DNA of 64,000 nucleotides from Alphaproteobacteria bacterium (GTDB lineage Bacteria; Pseudomonadota; Alphaproteobacteria; CAAHEQ01; UBA3637): NCBI GenBank assembly GCA_015062385.1, contig SUUT01000001.1, positions 38,619 to 102,618 of the forward strand, read 5' to 3'. Shown piece by piece: positions 58,765 to 64,000 of this stretch (position 1 is its first letter; each line of letters starts with the position of its first letter). The notes under the pieces were generated by a model. It saw only the letters and a program-made list of their open reading frames with translations, ran no database searches and was not told where the DNA came from. The position numbers and the translations under genes were made by a program.

Positions 58765-60851
58765 CTACCTATCCAAACACATTTTGTACCTTGCAATTCA
58801 CGGCTGTTCATACATAAATCACATTGTGATGTATCGGTTGAAACATCAATATCCGTTGAAATATTGCATTTATAACAAATACCATCCGAACCGGCAAAAG
58901 TCCCTGGCAAACAACTCATACGTTCACAAAATTTACCAGACATCATTCGGTTTGGACAAACATCACAAGCTGAATAATCCTGAACCACATTGACAGATGT
59001 TGGGGTATTGCAGTCAAAACAAGTACCGTCATATTGGCGAAGCGGTTTTTCTTCCGAACATGGAGCACCACACCCTTTCTGACCCCAACCGTTATCTACC
59101 AAAAATCGATTTTCACACGCAGAGCAATCATTGTTCGGCACAATAATAACAGCCGTTTCATCGCAGGCATGACATCCACCATTCTTATCTTCCAAGGGCT
59201 TTTCTGCCGGACATGTTTTAAGAACACAATTTGTCCCTTGCTCTTCTCGGTTAGGACATAATCCACTACATGTTTTACCTTGGGGAATTGCTGATAGTGG
59301 GACAACTCCATTATACTCACAACTTTGACATTTACCGCCTGTATCCATCATTGGGGTATCTCCTGTACAGGCTTTTTTACACCATTTATCAGAACGAACC
59401 CTTTCTCCGGTTTCCATGCACACATTACAGGCTGAATAATCATGTGCTACGTTAACGGATGAAGTTGTATCACAAGTAAAACATGCTCCATCATATTGAC
59501 GAAGCGGTTTTTCAGTCGGACACGGAGCGCCACATCCTTTCTGAGCCCATCCGTTATCTACCAAAAACCGATTTTCACACGCAGAACAATCATTGTTCGG
59601 GACAAGAATAACAGCCGTTTCATCGCAGGCATGACATCCCCCGTTTTTATCTTCCATCGGCTTTTCTGTCGGGCAACTTTTTAACACACAATAGGACCCC
59701 TGTTCTTCTCTGTTGGGACATAAGTCATTACATGTTTTTCCTTGTGGAATTGCTGAAAGTGGGACTAAACCAACATACTCACAATTTTGACATGTACCGC
59801 CTGTATCCATCATTGGTTTATCAATCGGACAGGCTTTTTTACACCATTTATCGGAACGAACTCTTTCTCCGGTTTCCATACATACATTACAGGCTGAATA
59901 ATCATGTGCTACGTTAACGGATGAAGTTGTATCACAAGTAAAACACGTTCCATCATATTGACGAAGCGGTTTTTCAGTCGGACACGGAGCTCCACACCCT
60001 TTCTGAGCCCATCCGTTATCTACCAAAAACCGATTCGGGCAAATAGAACATTCTCCCGTGGGCGTTACAATAACCGATGTGGTCGTACAAGAATAGCAAT
60101 TTCCATTTTTGTCTTGCATCGGCTTATCGGGTGGACAACATTTATTATTAGCGGAACAACATTTACCATCTGCCGTCACACTAGCACAACAATAATTTCC
60201 GACAACATTTTCTTTCTTACAACACACAAATAAACGGGGATCATCGTAACTTTTAACACACTCGGATTTTTCCGGACAAATAGAAACGCACAACCCATCT
60301 TCACATGTTGCACAAGCACATTCCGTATCATAATTACACCTCCGGATTTTATGCCCTTTATCTTCCGGAACTTCCGAGGCATTTAAGGTAATATCCTTAT
60401 AAAACTCGTAAGCGAGTTCCACTTTTTCAGCTTGCGAACAAATATCAATAGAGGCTTCATACTCCGTAATACCGATAAAAATAGAGTACGGAGCCTGCCA
60501 TTGACTTTGCAAAAGCAACTTACAAATTTCTGTCGGCACATCAGAGATAAATATTTCAAAATAATCGGTATATTGCGGGCTCATACGCGCTGTTATCGGA
60601 TATCCCATACGCATAACGGGTCCCATTTCCATATCAATTTCTCCGGCATGATTGATACTAATCAATTTTTCCATCCGTTGAGAAATATCTGTTGCCCGAA
60701 TATTTAATTCATACATTGTTTCATTGGCAATATATTTATTCATTGCAAATTTATAGCCGATAATTCCACCAACACTTAACACCCCGATAACTGCTAAAAT
60801 CCCCAGCATTTCTACCATAGAACGACCGATTTCATTCATTTTGATTTGCAT
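58761..60851 (-). CDS. Prepilin-leader protein with a large Cys-rich tandem-repeat ectodomain. The start is probably MQIKMNEIGRS at 60851.
   Basis: MQIKMNEIGRSMVEMLGILAVIGVLSVGG leader. The C-terminal 600 aa are built from CP.EKP....G.C..C modules. Confidence 0.7.
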   Translation of the reverse strand: MQIKMNEIGRSMVEMLGILAVIGVLSVGGIIGYKFAMNKYIANETMYELNIRATDISQRMEKLISINHAGEIDMEMGPVMRMGYPITARMSPQYTDYFEIFISDVPTEICKLLLQSQWQAPYSIFIGITEYEASIDICSQAEKVELAYEFYKDITLNASEVPEDKGHKIRRCNYDTECACATCEDGLCVSICPEKSECVKSYDDPRLFVCCKKENVVGNYCCASVTADGKCCSANNKCCPPDKPMQDKNGNCYSCTTTSVIVTPTGECSICPNRFLVDNGWAQKGCGAPCPTEKPLRQYDGTCFTCDTTSSVNVAHDYSACNVCMETGERVRSDKWCKKACPIDKPMMDTGGTCQNCEYVGLVPLSAIPQGKTCNDLCPNREEQGSYCVLKSCPTEKPMEDKNGGCHACDETAVILVPNNDCSACENRFLVDNGWAQKGCGAPCPTEKPLRQYDGACFTCDTTSSVNVAHDYSACNVCMETGERVRSDKWCKKACTGDTPMMDTGGKCQSCEYNGVVPLSAIPQGKTCSGLCPNREEQGTNCVLKTCPAEKPLEDKNGGCHACDETAVIIVPNNDCSACENRFLVDNGWGQKGCGAPCSEEKPLRQYDGTCFDCNTPTSVNVVQDYSACDVCPNRMMSGKFCERMSCLPGTFAGSDGICYKCNISTDIDVSTDTSQCDLCMNSRELQGTKCVWIGS
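59000..60200. repeat. 462-bp (154-aa) tandem repeat, about 2.6 copies, inside the 58761..60851 CDS
   Basis: Shadow ORFs on the + strand recur at 59034/59496/59958 and at 59270/59732 with a 462-bp period. Confidence 0.8.
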
Positions 60852-60896
60852 ATCCTTCTCCTCACATAATAAAGTTGCGTTTATATATGAGAGTAT

Positions 60897-61047
60897 AAAA
60901 AAAGGGACCTTTTTTTCCCGCTTCGAATCGCAAAAATCAGATTTTTGCAAAAATGAAAGATTATTGTTTGAGTTGAATTAGTTAGTCAAAATCAAAAAAA
61001 ATGCAAAAATGTGAAAAAAAGTGTTGCATTTATACGTCCTTTTTTTT
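60897..61047 (-). promoter_or_regulatory. Conserved 150-bp upstream element, copy 4 of 4 (termini AAAAAAAGGGAC / GTCCTTTTTTTT)
   Basis: 45 bp upstream of the start at 60851. TATACT abuts its proximal end. Confidence 0.7.
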
Positions 61048-61087
61048 GCAGATAACCTAAGAAAATATCTTTACATAAAAAAACAAA

Positions 61088-61116
61088 TTGCAATCAGTTC
61101 AAAAAAAATGTATAAT
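61088..61116 (+). promoter_or_regulatory. Sigma70 promoter TTGCAA-N17-TATAAT for the 61141 gene
   Basis: TTGCAA at 61088-61093, a 17-bp spacer and TATAAT at 61111-61116. GGAGG lies at 61131-61135 and the ATG at 61141. Confidence 0.55.
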
Positions 61117-61140
61117 AAAGTAAATTTAATGGAGGGGCTT

Positions 61141-62643
61141 ATGGATACATCGGAAAACATTGAATTAAACGAGACAATTGATGAAGAAAAAATTGCCCAC
61201 TCACACCCAAAGAACAGACCCTCAAAAATAACAAGAGAACTCAAAAAAGCTGAAGAAGAAGAACATTCATCTTCTAAAAAGCCAACAGAAGATCCCGAAG
61301 ATCCGGATGATGATGAAGATCCAATCGGAGAAACAGTTGATGATGATGACGATGATGATGAAACAGATTCCGATGACGATGGTGGCGAAGAAGACGAAAA
61401 TGAACTAAAACAATTAGAACAACAAAAACAGCATGAAACACAACCACTTATCACGTTAGATCCCCTTTCAAAACTAACCAATGAAGAAGCCAAAAAAGCT
61501 TTAAAAGAAAAGCCCAAAGGTCCAACAAAAATAGACAGAAGCCCGTTTCAACAATTTTTGGATTTCTTTATGCACGGGGTTAAAGGAGCTCAAATCAAAA
61601 ACGGCGAAATTTCCAAAAAGCCTCGTATTATTGACCAAATTTTGCTCGGATTGGGATTTAAATCCTTTAAAAGAGATATCCTTATTCATGAACAAGCCAA
61701 CAAATATTGGAATCGTATCGCTCTCGGACTGCGAAAAGATAAATCTTTACTCAACACAGACAAGGTCGACAAAAAAATCAGACGGGAAGAACGATTGGAA
61801 AAAATGCCAATTCAAAAAGCATTAATTGAACAGAAAAAAAAACAACAAGAAGAACATATTGTTCAAACAATGCAACGTCAACGGGATACCGAAACACTTC
61901 AACGCAATTTAGCCGACCGAATTATTGAGCAACGCCGAACAGAAAATATTCGTCAACAATTGGCAGCTTTACAGGAAAAAGAAACGACAAATGCTACACA
62001 CTCAAAAGAAAATGCAACAAGGGTTGCACAAAATGAGCTAACACAAAAAAATTCAGCACAAAAAAAAGAAACAGCAAAAGAAGCGGAAATTATCACAACC
62101 GCCGGCACAACAAACAAGGAAACAGGCGAAAAAAGCATTCAAAAACAAGTGATTGAAGCGACAGAGAAGAAAGCTATTGAAACAAGAAAACAGGAACAAT
62201 CCGTTCTACGTCAATCAGATGATGTAATGCACTTACAACAAATGCAACAACAAATAATGCAACAATCAGCACAAGCCCAAACCATCAGTATGCAAATGCA
62301 ACAAAATTTAAGTGCCGTTGCCACTTTACGGGCACATACACATCCTCCAAAACCACCTAGACTAGTGGAAAATACAGATGCGAGTGATCGAACTGCTCAT
62401 GAATTAGGAAGAACAATTGCAAGTAATCCAAACGCAACAATAGAACTTGTTAACACTGTAAACAAACAAGGCGGAGATTCTGATGTCACCCAGAAAGTCC
62501 TAGACAATGCTTACCGCCTTAAAGAAAAACAAGAAACGGACAACACAACTGTTGGAAGATCAGGCGGTGGAACAATCGTTCCCGACACCCCTACCGATAA
62601 TGATAATTCGCAATTAAGAGGACAACAACAAGGGCGGAACTAA
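61141..62643 (+). CDS. Hypothetical acidic and Q-rich protein (poly-D/E block followed by a Q-rich coiled-coil-like segment)
   Basis: EDPEDPDDDEDPIGETVDDDDDDDETDSDDDGGEEDENE ... MQQQIMQQSAQAQTISMQMQQNL. Confidence 0.5.
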   Translation: MDTSENIELNETIDEEKIAHSHPKNRPSKITRELKKAEEEEHSSSKKPTEDPEDPDDDEDPIGETVDDDDDDDETDSDDDGGEEDENELKQLEQQKQHETQPLITLDPLSKLTNEEAKKALKEKPKGPTKIDRSPFQQFLDFFMHGVKGAQIKNGEISKKPRIIDQILLGLGFKSFKRDILIHEQANKYWNRIALGLRKDKSLLNTDKVDKKIRREERLEKMPIQKALIEQKKKQQEEHIVQTMQRQRDTETLQRNLADRIIEQRRTENIRQQLAALQEKETTNATHSKENATRVAQNELTQKNSAQKKETAKEAEIITTAGTTNKETGEKSIQKQVIEATEKKAIETRKQEQSVLRQSDDVMHLQQMQQQIMQQSAQAQTISMQMQQNLSAVATLRAHTHPPKPPRLVENTDASDRTAHELGRTIASNPNATIELVNTVNKQGGDSDVTQKVLDNAYRLKEKQETDNTTVGRSGGGTIVPDTPTDNDNSQLRGQQQGRN

Positions 62644-62783
62644 ACACAAGTCCATCTTCTAAAAATACTACTTATATGTCTTACTGTATGTAGGATATTT
62701 TTATCCTTAAATGGTTAACAAGGGACAATACAACATACAAAACAAAAAAATCCTATATACAAGAGAGATAATATCTTTCAAAA

Positions 62784-64000
62784 TTATGGTTCGTATAAAG
62801 GCCATTCGCTTGCAATCAACGAATCGATTGTATCTAATGATTTATTCATCAAGGTACGATATACCCAATAATTAACCATAATTCGCTCCACAAAACTACG
62901 GGTTTCACGAGATGGAATACTTTCAATAAACACAAGCGGATCGGACTCATAATTTGTTTTCTTTTTCCATTTGATTAAATTCCCCGGTCCTGCATTATAA
63001 GCAACCGCCAAATAAATCAAATTATTTTGAACAGCAGGCAAATCCAACAAATATCGAATATATTTTTGTCCCAATGCTAAATTATATTCTACCCTATCCA
63101 TATATGCTAAATTCCACTTTAAACCAGCCATTTTTGCCATAACCCGACCGGTTGCCGGCATAATTTGCATTAATCCCCTTGCTCCCACGGCACTTTTGGC
63201 ACGTTTATTAAAACAAGATTCCTGCCGAACAAAGGCAAAAACGAGTGACTTATCTACTTTCCATCCACCGGTAGGTTTCCAATCTGGTGCCGGAAACCGT
63301 TCTTTATCTTCTGTCATTGCACCAATAATTCCGCTTAAATCTTCCTTAAAACCGTTTCGGGTAGCAATGGCACTTAAAACCGCTTGTGTTTCTTTATCGG
63401 ATTCCAAATATAATTTAGCCAACTCTTTTTTTGCCCAATCATGTTTTCCAACCTGTTTTAAAGCATAAAACAAGTTCAGTGTCGGATGTGAAAAACGGAT
63501 ATCCACATCATCTTCTGGCGAATCTGACACATCCCAAACATGATTTAAATCAACCCCCAACATTCGCATGGCAAGCATACCATAAAAAGTACGTGGTTGC
63601 TGTGATGCTGCTTCTAAATAATCCCCTACTTTTCGATAATTTCCCGTTTTTAAATAGGCACGTGCTGCCCAAAAAGAAGCACTTCCCCGCAAAAGCGGAT
63701 AAATTTCTGAATGAGTTGCAGTTTGAGCAAAATATTCGGCAGCCGATTTATATTTTTGTCGTTGCCATTGTGTTAATCCGGCTGTCCAATATGCTAGCGG
63801 AACAGAATTACCGTCAGACTGAATGGCAGACTTAGCATAATCTAAAGCGTTATCATATTCGGCATCTAAGAAATAAGAAAAAGCCAAAGCCGTCTGAGCC
63901 AAAGCCATATCCGATTTATTCATCAATGCTTCAAAATCATCACTTTCAATTAACCGACGAGCATCTTTTGTTTTGCCCTCTTTAATTTGTTTAATTAATT
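62784..64000 (-). CDS. Soluble lytic murein transglycosylase (superhelical N-domain plus SLT domain). It is open through the window end, so 5'-partial.
   Basis: C-terminal ESCFNKRAKSAVGARGLMQIMPATG. The reading frame stays open upstream of the track TTG start to position 64000. Confidence 0.75.
   Translation of the reverse strand, partial: LIKQIKEGKTKDARRLIESDDFEALMNKSDMALAQTALAFSYFLDAEYDNALDYAKSAIQSDGNSVPLAYWTAGLTQWQRQKYKSAAEYFAQTATHSEIYPLLRGSASFWAARAYLKTGNYRKVGDYLEAASQQPRTFYGMLAMRMLGVDLNHVWDVSDSPEDDVDIRFSHPTLNLFYALKQVGKHDWAKKELAKLYLESDKETQAVLSAIATRNGFKEDLSGIIGAMTEDKERFPAPDWKPTGGWKVDKSLVFAFVRQESCFNKRAKSAVGARGLMQIMPATGRVMAKMAGLKWNLAYMDRVEYNLALGQKYIRYLLDLPAVQNNLIYLAVAYNAGPGNLIKWKKKTNYESDPLVFIESIPSRETRSFVERIMVNYWVYRTLMNKSLDTIDSLIASEWPLYEP

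Overview
This 64-kb window comes from an AT-rich (about 35-38% GC by eye), LPS-bearing Gram-negative bacterium, and the coding density is high. The lineage cannot be assigned from sequence alone. A rubrerythrin/Fur-PerR pair, RNase J and a PFK with mixed ATP/PPi signature suggest an anaerobe or microaerophile. Ankyrin, EGF-like and C-type-lectin-like domains, together with many in-frame low-complexity extensions on housekeeping proteins, suggest a host-associated organism. The left end is the conserved mnmE-yihA-yidC-yidD-rnpA-rpmH cluster, with no dnaA or oriC. A housekeeping backbone follows: pgpA, pfk, kdsD-lptC/A-lptB, rnd-like, rnj, birA, sufE, nadK, fur/rbr, uppS, an ADP-heptose (hldE-gmhA-gmhB-hldD) LPS-core locus with glycosyltransferases, rsfS-obg, anmK, NUDIX and an SLT transglycosylase. 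Between pgpA and pfk lies an accessory block (about 5.9-18.5 kb). It holds three tandem paralogous VirB6/TrbL-like polytopic membrane proteins with low-complexity C-terminal tails, a secreted C-type-lectin-like protein, a pilin-leader/Cys-rich protein and an ankyrin protein. Three dispersed genes (16.1, 36.8 and 58.8 kb) share a type IV prepilin-like leader (GRSM[IV]EMLGVLAVIGVL) fused to eukaryote-like Cys-rich/EGF-like repeat ectodomains. Each of these, and the ankyrin gene, has a conserved 150-bp element 41-60 bp upstream. The element has complementary termini, with a compensatory change in one copy. An 11-bp poly-C/G tract sits in-frame in an HExxH metalloprotease-like gene, which marks it as a probable phase-variable locus. 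No rRNA, tRNA, CRISPR, integrase or transposase was found.
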